Below, one piece after another: positions 22,997 through 31,901 of a DNA stretch of 32,000 nt. Source of the stretch: Candidatus Saccharimonadota bacterium (GTDB taxonomy: Bacteria; Patescibacteriota; Gracilibacteria; UBA1369; 2-02-FULL-48-14); NCBI GenBank assembly GCA_965230905.1, contig OZ246396.1:510001-542000 (forward strand). Reading direction: 5' to 3'. Each line of letters starts with the position of its first letter. Position 1 is the first letter of the stretch. The notes under the pieces were generated by a model. The model was not told the DNA's origin. It searched no databases and worked only from the letters and a program-made list of their open reading frames with translations. The position numbers and the translations under genes are program-made.

Positions 22997-25378
22997 ATGA
23001 AAATTGCACTCATTTGTGGCGGACCGTCCATGGAACGCGGCATTTCTCTCAACTCGGCGCGGAGCGTCCTGAATCATTTGGAAGGGGACGGAATTGAAAT
23101 TGTGCCGGTGTATTTTGATTATAAAAAACGGCCTTACCATTTGCTCACGTCGCAGCTTTATTCCAACACGCCTTCGGACTTTGATTTTAAACTCCGTGAG
23201 ACGGCAAAATTTTTAAGCCAGACTGCGCTGAAGAACTTGCTAAAAAGTTGTAACATCGCCTTCCCGGTGATGCACGGACAGTTTGGGGAAGACGGCGGAA
23301 TTCAGCGTTTATTGGAACGTTTTAAGGTGCCGTACGTGGGCGCCGATATTGAGGCCTGCAAGCGTTGGGACAAACATGTGGCCAATGAGTTTATTCGCGA
23401 AAATGGATTTTATGCGCCGCCCTGTGCGCTACTCAAAATCAATCAGGACGATCATAGGGAAATTATTGACGCGTTTTTTAAAGAGCACAAAATCAAGCGA
23501 GCCGTGGTGAAACCGGCGAGCGGGGGTTCCAGCATTGGAGTGTACTCCGTGGAAACGCCCGCGCAGGCACTGGAAAAAGCCAAGCTCTTGTTTAGCCGCC
23601 GCATGGACACTCGCGTTGTGGTGGAACCCTTCAGTACGGGCGTGGAATTCACGGTGATTATTTTGCAGAACCGCTTCAATATGCCGGTGGCCATTTTGCC
23701 CACGGAGATCGAAACGGATTACCAGAAAAACCAGATCTTTGATTTTAGGAAAAAATATTTGCCCACGCGGCAAGTGCGTTACCACTGCCCACCGCGTTTT
23801 AGCAACGAAGACATTGAGCGTATTCAAGTGCAGGCCGAGCAACTTTTCAAAATCATGGGCATGCGTGACTTTGCCCGCTTCGATGGGTGGCTGATGCCGG
23901 ATGGGAAAATTTGGTTTTCGGATTTCAATCCCATTAGTGGAATGGAGCAGAACAGCTTTTTGTTTCAGCAGACTGCGCGTATTGGATTCAGTCACCGGGA
24001 CCTTTTGTATTATGTGGTGAAGCACGCGGCGGACCGTTATGGAATTGCGATGCCGCCCAAGCGCGAGCCTTCGCAGGTTAAACGCAAGCCGGTGAATGTT
24101 TTGTTTGGGGGAAATACTTCCGAGCGGCAGGTTTCGGTGATGAGTGGAACCAACGCGTGGCTCAAACTACGGCGCAGTGAAAAGTACGCGCCTCGGCCTT
24201 ATTTTTTGGATTTGAACGGGGAGGTGTGGGAAGTGCCTTATGCGCTCACGCTCAACCACACGGCGGAGGAAATTTTAGAAAATTGTGAGGGGGCGGAAGA
24301 TAGCGAAAAACGCCTACGCTTTTTGGAAGAAAAAGTGCGGCTGCGGCTGGCTTTGGAAGTGGGCGATACCAGCGAGCCTTTCTTTATTCCGCGCAAAATG
24401 AGTCTGCAGGAATTTATAAAGCAGAGCCGTTTTGTTCTGCTGGGTCTGCATGGCGGGATCGGTGAAGATGGAACTTTGCAGCGCATGCTCACGAAGGCCG
24501 GCGTGAAGTTCAACGGGCCCAGCGCAGAGACTTCGGAGATTTGTATGGATAAGGCAGAAACAGGGAAACGCCTCGCGGGCCTGGAGAAATTCGGCATTTT
24601 TGTAGCGCCCAAGCACACGGCCCGGGCAACGGAATTTAAGGGCTTTAAAGTCAAGGACTTCGATGAATATTTCGCAAAGCTACAGAAGAAACTCGGCGCA
24701 AAAACCGTGATTGTGAAACCGCAGGACGAGGGATGTTCTTCCGGAATTGTGCGGCTCTTTAGCGCTAAAGATTTGCAAAACTATATGCACTTGGTGCTGG
24801 CCAATGCCACGCAGATTCCCCCCGGGACTTTCACCAATCAAAGCACGCCCATTGAGATGCCCCTGCAGACCATGGATAAACTTTTGTTCGAACAATTCAT
24901 TGAAGTGGATACCGTGCGGGTGAAAGGAAACCGGCTCAAATGGAAACGTAAAAAAGGGTGGGTGGAAGTGACGGTGGGCGTGATTCAAGATGAAAATCAT
25001 CTCTACCACGAGGGCACTTTGCATGCACTGAGCCCGAGTCTCACGGTTGCGGAAGGCGAAGTGCTTTCGGTGGAAGAAAAATTTCAAGGAGGAACCGGCG
25101 TGAATATGACGCCTCCGCCCGAAAGCCATGTGAAGCCTGCGGTGCTGGCGCGCGTTAAAAAATCCATTGAAAAAGTGAGTGAGGTGCTGGGCATTGAAGG
25201 CTACAGCCGTCTCGACGCGTTCATTCAAATCGACACCGGTGACATTATTTTGATTGAAGTAAATACGCTGCCGGCGCTCACGCCGTCCACGGTTTTGTTT
25301 CATCAAGGCTTGGCGGAAAAGAAGCCCGTGTATCCGCTGGAACTTTTGGAGAAAATCGTGGAGAATAAGGGCTATTAG
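22997..25378 (+). CDS. ddl: tandem fusion of two D-alanine--D-alanine ligase-like ATP-grasp modules (793 aa)
   Basis: Module 1 (about 22997-24050): KIALICGGPSMERGISLNSA, FPVMHGQFGEDGGIQRLLE, VVKPASGGSSIG, ARFDGW...FSDFNPISGM. Module 2 (about 24080-25375): VNVLFGGNTSERQVSVMSG, LLGLHGGIGEDGTLQRML, VIVKPQDEGCSSGI, SRLDAF...LIEVNTLPALT. Confidence 0.85.
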   Translation: MKIALICGGPSMERGISLNSARSVLNHLEGDGIEIVPVYFDYKKRPYHLLTSQLYSNTPSDFDFKLRETAKFLSQTALKNLLKSCNIAFPVMHGQFGEDGGIQRLLERFKVPYVGADIEACKRWDKHVANEFIRENGFYAPPCALLKINQDDHREIIDAFFKEHKIKRAVVKPASGGSSIGVYSVETPAQALEKAKLLFSRRMDTRVVVEPFSTGVEFTVIILQNRFNMPVAILPTEIETDYQKNQIFDFRKKYLPTRQVRYHCPPRFSNEDIERIQVQAEQLFKIMGMRDFARFDGWLMPDGKIWFSDFNPISGMEQNSFLFQQTARIGFSHRDLLYYVVKHAADRYGIAMPPKREPSQVKRKPVNVLFGGNTSERQVSVMSGTNAWLKLRRSEKYAPRPYFLDLNGEVWEVPYALTLNHTAEEILENCEGAEDSEKRLRFLEEKVRLRLALEVGDTSEPFFIPRKMSLQEFIKQSRFVLLGLHGGIGEDGTLQRMLTKAGVKFNGPSAETSEICMDKAETGKRLAGLEKFGIFVAPKHTARATEFKGFKVKDFDEYFAKLQKKLGAKTVIVKPQDEGCSSGIVRLFSAKDLQNYMHLVLANATQIPPGTFTNQSTPIEMPLQTMDKLLFEQFIEVDTVRVKGNRLKWKRKKGWVEVTVGVIQDENHLYHEGTLHALSPSLTVAEGEVLSVEEKFQGGTGVNMTPPPESHVKPAVLARVKKSIEKVSEVLGIEGYSRLDAFIQIDTGDIILIEVNTLPALTPSTVLFHQGLAEKKPVYPLELLEKIVENKGY

Positions 25379-25399
25379 CTACTTTAGTGCCCCTCAAAA

Positions 25400-25801
25400 A
25401 TGGAATTCCCTGTACCGCTCAAACAGAAATTTTTAGACAAAGCTGAAAAGCTGCGCGTTTTTCCGCAGGATATTGAAGAGCAGTTTGTGCGGGGCAGTGG
25501 GAGCGGGGGGCAAAAAATGAACAAGACGGCGAGCACGGTGTGGCTCAAACATCTGCCCACGGGCATTGAAGTGAAGTGTCAAAATCAGCGTGAACGTGAG
25601 GCGAACCGCATGGAGGCCTACCGCATGCTGCTCATGAAAATTGAAGAAAAAATTCTGGGCAAAAAATCAGAGATGGCGCAAAAAATGTTCAAACTCCGTA
25701 AGCAAAAAAAGCGTCGCAGTCGCAAAGCCAAAGACAAAATGATGGATGCGAAAACGCAGCGAGGGGAGCTGAAAGAAAATCGTCAAAAACTTAAATTCTA
25801 A
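25400..25801 (+). CDS. arfB: RF-1-domain GGQ protein with a basic C-terminal tail, ArfB/ICT1-like peptidyl-tRNA hydrolase (alternative ribosome rescue factor)
   Basis: 133 aa. GSGSGGQKMNKTASTVWLKHLPTGIEVKCQNQR, followed by a Lys/Arg-rich tail (KLRKQKKRRSRKAKDK). Confidence 0.75.
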   Translation: MEFPVPLKQKFLDKAEKLRVFPQDIEEQFVRGSGSGGQKMNKTASTVWLKHLPTGIEVKCQNQREREANRMEAYRMLLMKIEEKILGKKSEMAQKMFKLRKQKKRRSRKAKDKMMDAKTQRGELKENRQKLKF

Positions 25802-26511
25802 TGTACGATCAAGCTTTCTACCTTACGGGTAAACGTGGCAACAACGCCTTTTCGTATGAAGATCGTGGTGGCGAGCCAACCTTGTACGTGCCGTCTGTGA
25901 TTGAGGGGGCTTTGGAGGATGTGGAGGAGGGCGAGGAAGTGGTTTTTTCAGATAAAGATGACGAGGGGGTTTTGCAAAACTGCAAGGGGCTGAAGCACTT
26001 TGTGAAAACGGAGTTTAACGGAGTGCCCGTGGTCATTGTGGACAATCACAATCACGTCTTTTATTTTTGGTACGAAGCACTTTCGCAAGGCATTTTGCAG
26101 AGAGGAGCGAACCTGGTTCATATTGATGCTCATAAGGACGCGCGGGTGCCGGAGCAGCTCTTTGACGGCGGAACTTTGGAGGACGCTTTTCGCTACACGA
26201 ATGAAGTGCTGAATGTGGGGAATTATATTATTCCGGCGCAAAAAGAAGGGCTGGTGGGGGAAGTTCAATTTGTTACGGGTGAGGCCGCGCTGGAGGACCT
26301 TTCTTTTATGGATAGGGGAAACAAGATCCTCAATGTGGATCTGGATTTTTTTGCACCGGACCTCGACTACATTTCTTTTGAAAAAACCAAGGCTTTTATT
26401 TTGGAGCAGGCAAAAACTGCTTCGCTGATCACGGTGTGTACGAGCCCATTTTTTATAGATCAAAAGCTGGCTATCCAGAGGCTGAGCGACCTATTCTCTG
26501 GTCGATCCTAA
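25801..26511 (+). CDS. UPF0489-like protein of unknown function
   Basis: 236 aa. The blocks VVIVDNHNHVFYFWYEA, LVHIDAHKDA and LNVDLDFFAP resemble the conserved blocks of the UPF0489 (C5orf22-like) family. Its start overlaps the arfB-like stop (TAATG). Confidence 0.6.
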   Translation: MYDQAFYLTGKRGNNAFSYEDRGGEPTLYVPSVIEGALEDVEEGEEVVFSDKDDEGVLQNCKGLKHFVKTEFNGVPVVIVDNHNHVFYFWYEALSQGILQRGANLVHIDAHKDARVPEQLFDGGTLEDAFRYTNEVLNVGNYIIPAQKEGLVGEVQFVTGEAALEDLSFMDRGNKILNVDLDFFAPDLDYISFEKTKAFILEQAKTASLITVCTSPFFIDQKLAIQRLSDLFSGRS

Positions 26512-27705
26512 AAGGCCCGCGCTGATCCAAAATGGCGCCATGAAAAGTGGGAAGAGCAGGCTGTTGACGAAGATGCAGTGGACAAAAAGCCCGCAGAGAG
26601 CGGAAAGGAAGCCGAGGCCGTAGCCGGTTCGTCGTAGGTCCCAGGCTTTTTTGGCGAGGAGGAGGTAAAGGGCGAGGAAGGGGGCGAAGCCCAGAAGGCC
26701 GGTCATGGCGAGGACATTGAGGAGGCTGGAATCGCCGCCGCTGGCGGAATGAATGTTGAGGTCTTTGAGCGTGCCGAGTTCAAGCGCAGCGTATTTGTAG
26801 CGGTTGTAACCCTGGCCGAGGATGGGCTTTTCTAAAAAGAGCTGCCAGGCTTCGTCCCAGGAAGCAAAGCGCAGGCGGGCGGAGGCATCGGGCAGGGTGT
26901 AGTCTTCTACAAACACGGTCTGCACGCTGTCCACCAGACTCAGGAAACGGGCCTGCACGGGTGGCAGCACCGCCACCATGAGGAGTAAGCCCACGCCAAG
27001 GGCTGCGAGGAGTTTAACTGAACGTAGAAGGCCAAAAACAAAGAGTCCGGCGATGAGGGCCAGGTAGGCGCTGCGCGAAAGGGTGAGGGCGATGGCCATA
27101 ACGACCATGGCTGCTAGGGGTAGCAGCAGTTTGCGCCAGCGTTTTTCATCCCAGGCGGTGCCCAGAATCAGGGGGAGCATGAAGGCCAAAAATCCTCCCA
27201 CAAAGTTGGGGTCGAACCAGGTAGAGAGCAGACGGCTCACGTGCGGGTCCCAACCAATGGCCTCCATTTCGGTGAAATCGGGCATGATTTTAAGCTGCAC
27301 AAAACCGGCCAGGCAGAGTAGAAACGTGAAGCCGAAAAGCATCCATAGAGTGGCGCGTTTTTCGTCCCTACTTTGGTTCCACACAATCACGGAAAGGAAG
27401 TAAAAACCGGCCCAGCGGATGCCGTAAAAGGCGGCGGGTAAAACTTCGCCCAGGCTCATGTCGCCGGAGTTGATGAGTAGGGAAGATAGACCGAATAACA
27501 AAAAGAGCGCTCCCGGCAACAGGGTGGGTGGGAGTTTGAGCGGCTGGCGTTTAAGCAGCTTCCAGCCCAGCCAAGCAGCGGCAAAAAAAGGGATGAAAAG
27601 GTCGATCAATAAAAAGCCGTGAAAACGCTCGAGCTCCGCAATGAAGCCAAAGAGCAGGGTGAGTGCGAGGCCAAGGGTGCTGAAGCTGAGGGCTTTTTTG
27701 AACAT
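26491..27705 (-). CDS. O-antigen ligase-like (Wzy_C domain) polytopic membrane protein
   Basis: 404 aa with about 10 hydrophobic helices. The ALTLSRSAYLALIAGLFVFG block and a periplasmic loop are typical of the O-antigen ligase/polymerase family. Confidence 0.7.
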   Translation of the reverse strand: MFKKALSFSTLGLALTLLFGFIAELERFHGFLLIDLFIPFFAAAWLGWKLLKRQPLKLPPTLLPGALFLLFGLSSLLINSGDMSLGEVLPAAFYGIRWAGFYFLSVIVWNQSRDEKRATLWMLFGFTFLLCLAGFVQLKIMPDFTEMEAIGWDPHVSRLLSTWFDPNFVGGFLAFMLPLILGTAWDEKRWRKLLLPLAAMVVMAIALTLSRSAYLALIAGLFVFGLLRSVKLLAALGVGLLLMVAVLPPVQARFLSLVDSVQTVFVEDYTLPDASARLRFASWDEAWQLFLEKPILGQGYNRYKYAALELGTLKDLNIHSASGGDSSLLNVLAMTGLLGFAPFLALYLLLAKKAWDLRRTGYGLGFLSALCGLFVHCIFVNSLLFPLFMAPFWISAGLLGSTRE

Positions 27706-27728
27706 CGCGGGTATTGTACACTAAGGCC

Positions 27729-28328
27729 GTGAAAATTCTTATTGCCACCACCAACCGGGGAAAATTCAAAGGCATTTTGGAAACTCTACAGACTTTTGAT
27801 GCGGAATTTGTTTCTTTGGAGGACGTGGGAATTACGGCGGATTTTGAAGAAGTGGGCGAGAGTTTTGCTGAGATTGCGCTGGGCAAGGCACGGTTCTACC
27901 ACGGACTTTCTGGGTTGCCCACGGTGGCGGACGACAGTGGAATCATTGTGGACGCGATTGCGGGAGAGCTGGGGCTTAAAACCCGGCGTTGGGGCGCGGG
28001 AGCGAGTGCGAGCGATGAAGAATGGCTGCGGTTTTTTATGGAACGTATGGAGAGTGAAAGTAACCGGGCGGCCGAATTTGTTTGTGCGGCGGCTTACGTT
28101 TCCGGTAACTTGGAGCAAGTGTTTGAAGGCCGCACGCGTGGAGTGATCACGGCTGAAGCGGAGGCGCCTTTGTATGCCGGGATCCCGCTTTCCAGCGTGT
28201 TTAAGCCGGAGGGGTATGATAGAGTGTACATGGCGCTTTCAACTGAAGAAAAACAAGATGCTAGCCACCGCGCGAAAGGTTTTTGCCAACTCCTAAATTT
28301 TTTAAAACAGGCGAACCCACATCAATAA
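27729..28328 (+). CDS. rdgB: RdgB/HAM1-family non-canonical purine NTP pyrophosphatase
   Basis: KILIATTNRGKFKGI, EEVGESFAEIALGKA, TVADDSGIIVDA. I prefer the GTG start at 27729 over the TTG at 27714, which falls inside a -10-like element. Confidence 0.85.
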   Translation: MKILIATTNRGKFKGILETLQTFDAEFVSLEDVGITADFEEVGESFAEIALGKARFYHGLSGLPTVADDSGIIVDAIAGELGLKTRRWGAGASASDEEWLRFFMERMESESNRAAEFVCAAAYVSGNLEQVFEGRTRGVITAEAEAPLYAGIPLSSVFKPEGYDRVYMALSTEEKQDASHRAKGFCQLLNFLKQANPHQ

Positions 28329-28329
28329 T

Positions 28330-28572
28330 ATGTTTAAACTCTACAGCTATCAGGATTGCCCCTACTGCGACAAAGTGCGCGCGGCTTTTGCGGAAATGAA
28401 TCTTGATTATGAAGAAGTGGATGCGGAGCGGGGAACGCCGGGCTCGCTGAAACTTTTGGAATTGGGTGGAAAGCAACAAGTCCCCTTTCTCGTGGACGAA
28501 GAGCAGGGTATTTTTATGTACGAATCTGACGATATAATCTCCTATGCACGAGCACGTTCTCAAAAGAATTGA
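28330..28572 (+). CDS. glutaredoxin-family protein
   Basis: 80 aa with a CPYC active site (LYSYQDCPYCDKV) and QVPFLV, the thioredoxin-fold signature. Confidence 0.85.
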   Translation: MFKLYSYQDCPYCDKVRAAFAEMNLDYEEVDAERGTPGSLKLLELGGKQQVPFLVDEEQGIFMYESDDIISYARARSQKN

Positions 28573-29104
28573 GGAAGAAAATTCCGAACAAGACGTGTGG
28601 ATAGTGGGGCCGGCCACCGGTCGCATGCTGCATTGGCTGGTGCGTGTACTTGCGCCGGATGTGGCGCTGGAAATTGGAACGAGTGTGGGTTACAGCGCGG
28701 TTTGGATTGCCTCGGCTCTCGATAAAAACCAGCGCGGCCAACTGTGGACCATTGAGTCCCATGAGGAGCGCTACGGCCGCGCGCAAAAGAATATTGAGGA
28801 GGCCGGCCTCACGCACCGGATTTTTCAACTGAAGGGCCACGCGCCGGAAATTTTTACCGAAAATCCCGCACTGCCCGAACAAATTGATTTCGCTTTTTTT
28901 GATGCTACCAAACAAGAACACCAGTCTTATTTTGACGCCATTTTCCCGCGCATGAAAAGTGGGGGGATGATTGTGGTGGACAATGTTCTGTCGCACCGTT
29001 TTGGAAAGATGCAGCAATTCATCGATGCGGCTCATGCCAACAGCGAGCTAAAAGTGGTGGAAATTCCCGTGGGGGACGGCCTGCTTATTGCTCGGGTCGT
29101 CTAG
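28544..29104 (+). CDS. class I SAM-dependent O-methyltransferase (family 3, caffeoyl-CoA OMT/YrrM-like)
   Basis: 186 aa. VALEIGTSVGYSAVWIASAL, FAFFDATKQEH, GGMIVVDNVL. It overlaps the glutaredoxin gene by 29 nt. Confidence 0.85.
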   Translation: MHEHVLKRIEEENSEQDVWIVGPATGRMLHWLVRVLAPDVALEIGTSVGYSAVWIASALDKNQRGQLWTIESHEERYGRAQKNIEEAGLTHRIFQLKGHAPEIFTENPALPEQIDFAFFDATKQEHQSYFDAIFPRMKSGGMIVVDNVLSHRFGKMQQFIDAAHANSELKVVEIPVGDGLLIARVV

Positions 29105-31886
29105 GAGCGGCGTCTCTGGTTTTGAGCACATCCAGAAGGCCAGTGTCTTCCGCCGGTTCCTCCTCGGGGGCTGCTTCCTCTTCTTCAGGCTCTTCGTCCT
29201 CTTCTTCTTCGTCGGTCACGCGGAGCTGGATGGTGCTCTTGGAAGAATAACCGTATTGGTCCACCACTTTGGCGGTGACTTCAATCACGCTGCCGGCACG
29301 GGTGGTGGTGGGAATAGAGATGCGGCCGGTGAAAGGAGATTCAGGAGAGGTGTAACGCAGGTCGTCGTCCACATAGAATTCCACGCGGTCTACGCCGTTT
29401 CCGTTGTCCAGGATGTCCACTTCCACATCGTGGAGGCGCACTTCTTTACTGATCGAGGAAAGGCTGCTTGGATCGGTGATGGCGATTTCAGGAATATTCG
29501 CTGCGGTTTCCGCATTGTGAATGTCACTCGCGGATTGAGTGGGAGGCTGAGAGTTACCCTCTTGCGTGGCGGCCCACGCGTCTATGTCATCTTGCCAGTT
29601 GCTCCAGTCTTCTTTGTGAATTCGGTAGCTGCGTCCTTCCACCACGTCTTCGGGAGAATATTCGGTGGCCAGGCGCTTGGTCACGGTCTCAATTTTCACA
29701 TTCACATAGGCGTCGTCGAGTTCGGTTGGCACGGCGAAGTCCGCAAAGATTTCGGTGGTCACCATGTCGGGAGGCGTGCTTTCGCTGGCGAGTTTTCCGC
29801 TGGCTTTGCTCACGGCGATTTCCTTAATTCCAGCCGGACGTTGCCATTCGGTGGGTTCCAAACGGTTCAGCACTTTGCCCATGTAGTTTTTCCAAATAGG
29901 CGCGATGGTGCTGTAGGATTCTCCGTTGGAATTCAGGGCGGTTCCGTCCGCGTTTCCGGCCCATCCAATGGTCACGAGGGTGGGGGTGTACGCTGCGATC
30001 CAGTTGTTGTTGGGTAGACCCGTGGTCTTCTCATTTGAAGTCCCGGTTTTAGCGGCATTGTCGATGGCGGGGAGGTAGATATTGGTTCCGAGCCCGGCAC
30101 TCGGGTCAGACAAAATATCGTTCATAATGTAGGCCACTTGTGGGTCGAGCACCGTGGTTTTTTCTACTTCCGTTTCGTCCCATTGTTCCAAAATCTTTCC
30201 GTCGGTGGTCACGATTTTTAGAATAGAGCTCGGCTCCACGTGGACTCCATTGGTGGCGAATACACTGTAGGCCTCCGCCATTTCTAGCGGGGTCACCACT
30301 GCCGTTCCTAAGGCGATGCTTGCTCCATAGGCGTTGGATTCATCGTAGTTCAAACTTTCGAGGCCCAACTTTTTTCCAAAATCAACGATGTCATCTTCCT
30401 CTCCCGCTAAGAAATAAGCTTTTACTGCAGGGATGTTTCGGGATTGTCCCAGCGCGTAACGCAGGGTCATAGGTCCCTTAAAACCTCCATCGTAGTTCTT
30501 GGGAAAGTAAGTTCCAAAGTGGGTTGCTACATCATAGAAAACGGTGGCTGCGGTGTATTGATTGAGCAGGGCGAGTGAGTACACAAAAGGTTTGAAGGAA
30601 GATCCCGGCTGGCGAACGCTGGTGATCATGTTCACCTGACCGTCGATCTCTTGATTGTTGAAGTCGGATGAACCCACCATGGCCAAAATTTGCCCCGTTT
30701 GCGGCTGCATAGAGATGAGGGCCGCGTTGTTGGCGCCGTAGGTGTCGAGCAGAGTTTCTTTTCGTTCCTCAATGGCCTCTTCTGCTGCTTTTTGGAAGTC
30801 AGGATCGAGCGTGGTGTAGACCTTGAGACCTCCCTGTTCCACAATGTCCGCTCCGTATTTTTCTTCGAGTTCTTGTTTTACCCACAGCACGAAGTGTTCG
30901 GCGGTATCGAGTTCGTTGTAATTGGTGAAAGCCAGCGTTTGCATTTCGGCGAGGGCAGCGACGGCTTCTTCTTCAGAAATCATGCCCAGTTCCAGCATAC
31001 GATCCAGCACCAAATCGCTGCGGCCCTTGATATAAAAAGTGCTTGCGTCGGGCATGGTGAAGGTGGTTCCCAGGAGTCCACGCGTGTATTCGTCCCATTC
31101 CAAATCTTCTTCACCCGTGATGCTGCGGCCGTTCAAACTTTCCTCGGTGAGTTCAAAAGTGAGCACCGTGTTTTTATAGCTTCCGTAAGGGGAATAACGG
31201 GTGGGCTTGTTGGGGATCCCGGCCAGTATTGCAGATTCCGCTATCGTTAGGTCTTTTGCGTCTTTATCAAAGTAACGTTTGGCCGCGAGCTCGATTCCGT
31301 AGGCGTTGTTTCCGTAGGGAATTTCGTTGAGGTACATCAGCAAAATCTCGTCTTTGCTGAACTTCAGTTCCATCACCATTGCGATGATGATTTCACGGTA
31401 TTTACGAATGTAGCTTTGCTCCAAACTGAGCATGGCGTTACGCGCGAGCTGTTGCGTGATGGTGGATCCTCCGCGCGGCGTTCCGATGCCAAATTCGGAG
31501 AGCACGGCTTTGAAAAGCGCGGGAATGTCGATTCCCATGTGTTCGTAAAATTCATCGTCTTCAATGGCCAAGGTGGCGTCGATGAGGGCCGGGGAAATTT
31601 CGTCGAGTGATTTCAGGGATTCGCGGTTTTCTTCTCCATGAATGGTGTAGAGCAAGTTTCCTTCACGGTCCAAAATTTGAGTCGAGTCTTTTGCTTGGGC
31701 GTCGGTCGGGTTGAAGGTGAGCAGAATCCAAAAAGCGTAGAAAAAGGTGAATACAAAAGTCGCTCCGATTGCGCCAATGATTCCAATGATCACGTAACGC
31801 GCCGCACGCTGTTTTTTGTTCATTTCAGAGCGTGGCTTGAGCTTTTCCCAGCCTCGCTTAATATGGTGTTTTGTCCATTTTTTCAT
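29085..31886 (-). CDS. class A penicillin-binding protein (PBP1A family: GT51 glycosyltransferase plus transpeptidase) with a C-terminal Ig-like domain and an acidic tail
   Basis: 933 aa with an N-terminal membrane anchor. GT51 motifs EDDEFYEHMGID and GGSTITQQLARN. Transpeptidase motifs SSFKP (SxxK), SRN and KTGT. C-terminal block VDRVEFYVDD... followed by an EEEEDEEPEEEE tail. Confidence 0.93.
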   Translation of the reverse strand: MKKWTKHHIKRGWEKLKPRSEMNKKQRAARYVIIGIIGAIGATFVFTFFYAFWILLTFNPTDAQAKDSTQILDREGNLLYTIHGEENRESLKSLDEISPALIDATLAIEDDEFYEHMGIDIPALFKAVLSEFGIGTPRGGSTITQQLARNAMLSLEQSYIRKYREIIIAMVMELKFSKDEILLMYLNEIPYGNNAYGIELAAKRYFDKDAKDLTIAESAILAGIPNKPTRYSPYGSYKNTVLTFELTEESLNGRSITGEEDLEWDEYTRGLLGTTFTMPDASTFYIKGRSDLVLDRMLELGMISEEEAVAALAEMQTLAFTNYNELDTAEHFVLWVKQELEEKYGADIVEQGGLKVYTTLDPDFQKAAEEAIEERKETLLDTYGANNAALISMQPQTGQILAMVGSSDFNNQEIDGQVNMITSVRQPGSSFKPFVYSLALLNQYTAATVFYDVATHFGTYFPKNYDGGFKGPMTLRYALGQSRNIPAVKAYFLAGEEDDIVDFGKKLGLESLNYDESNAYGASIALGTAVVTPLEMAEAYSVFATNGVHVEPSSILKIVTTDGKILEQWDETEVEKTTVLDPQVAYIMNDILSDPSAGLGTNIYLPAIDNAAKTGTSNEKTTGLPNNNWIAAYTPTLVTIGWAGNADGTALNSNGESYSTIAPIWKNYMGKVLNRLEPTEWQRPAGIKEIAVSKASGKLASESTPPDMVTTEIFADFAVPTELDDAYVNVKIETVTKRLATEYSPEDVVEGRSYRIHKEDWSNWQDDIDAWAATQEGNSQPPTQSASDIHNAETAANIPEIAITDPSSLSSISKEVRLHDVEVDILDNGNGVDRVEFYVDDDLRYTSPESPFTGRISIPTTTRAGSVIEVTAKVVDQYGYSSKSTIQLRVTDEEEEDEEPEEEEAAPEEEPAEDTGLLDVLKTRDAAPRRPEQ

Positions 31887-31901
31887 AAACCGATGGTTTT
31901 A

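Noticed and set aside
894-30017. Many long antisense ORFs of 200-350 codons: 894-1502, 3433-4125, 4367-4984, 9231-10076, 16122-16784, 17510-18313, 20114-20914, 23429-24025, 24680-25306 and 29088-30017
   Set aside because: Each overlaps a confidently identified gene on the other strand and translates to biased, low-complexity sequence. The likely cause is codon usage that avoids TTA, CTA and TCA in the sense frame, which keeps the mirror frame open. They are not overlapping genes.
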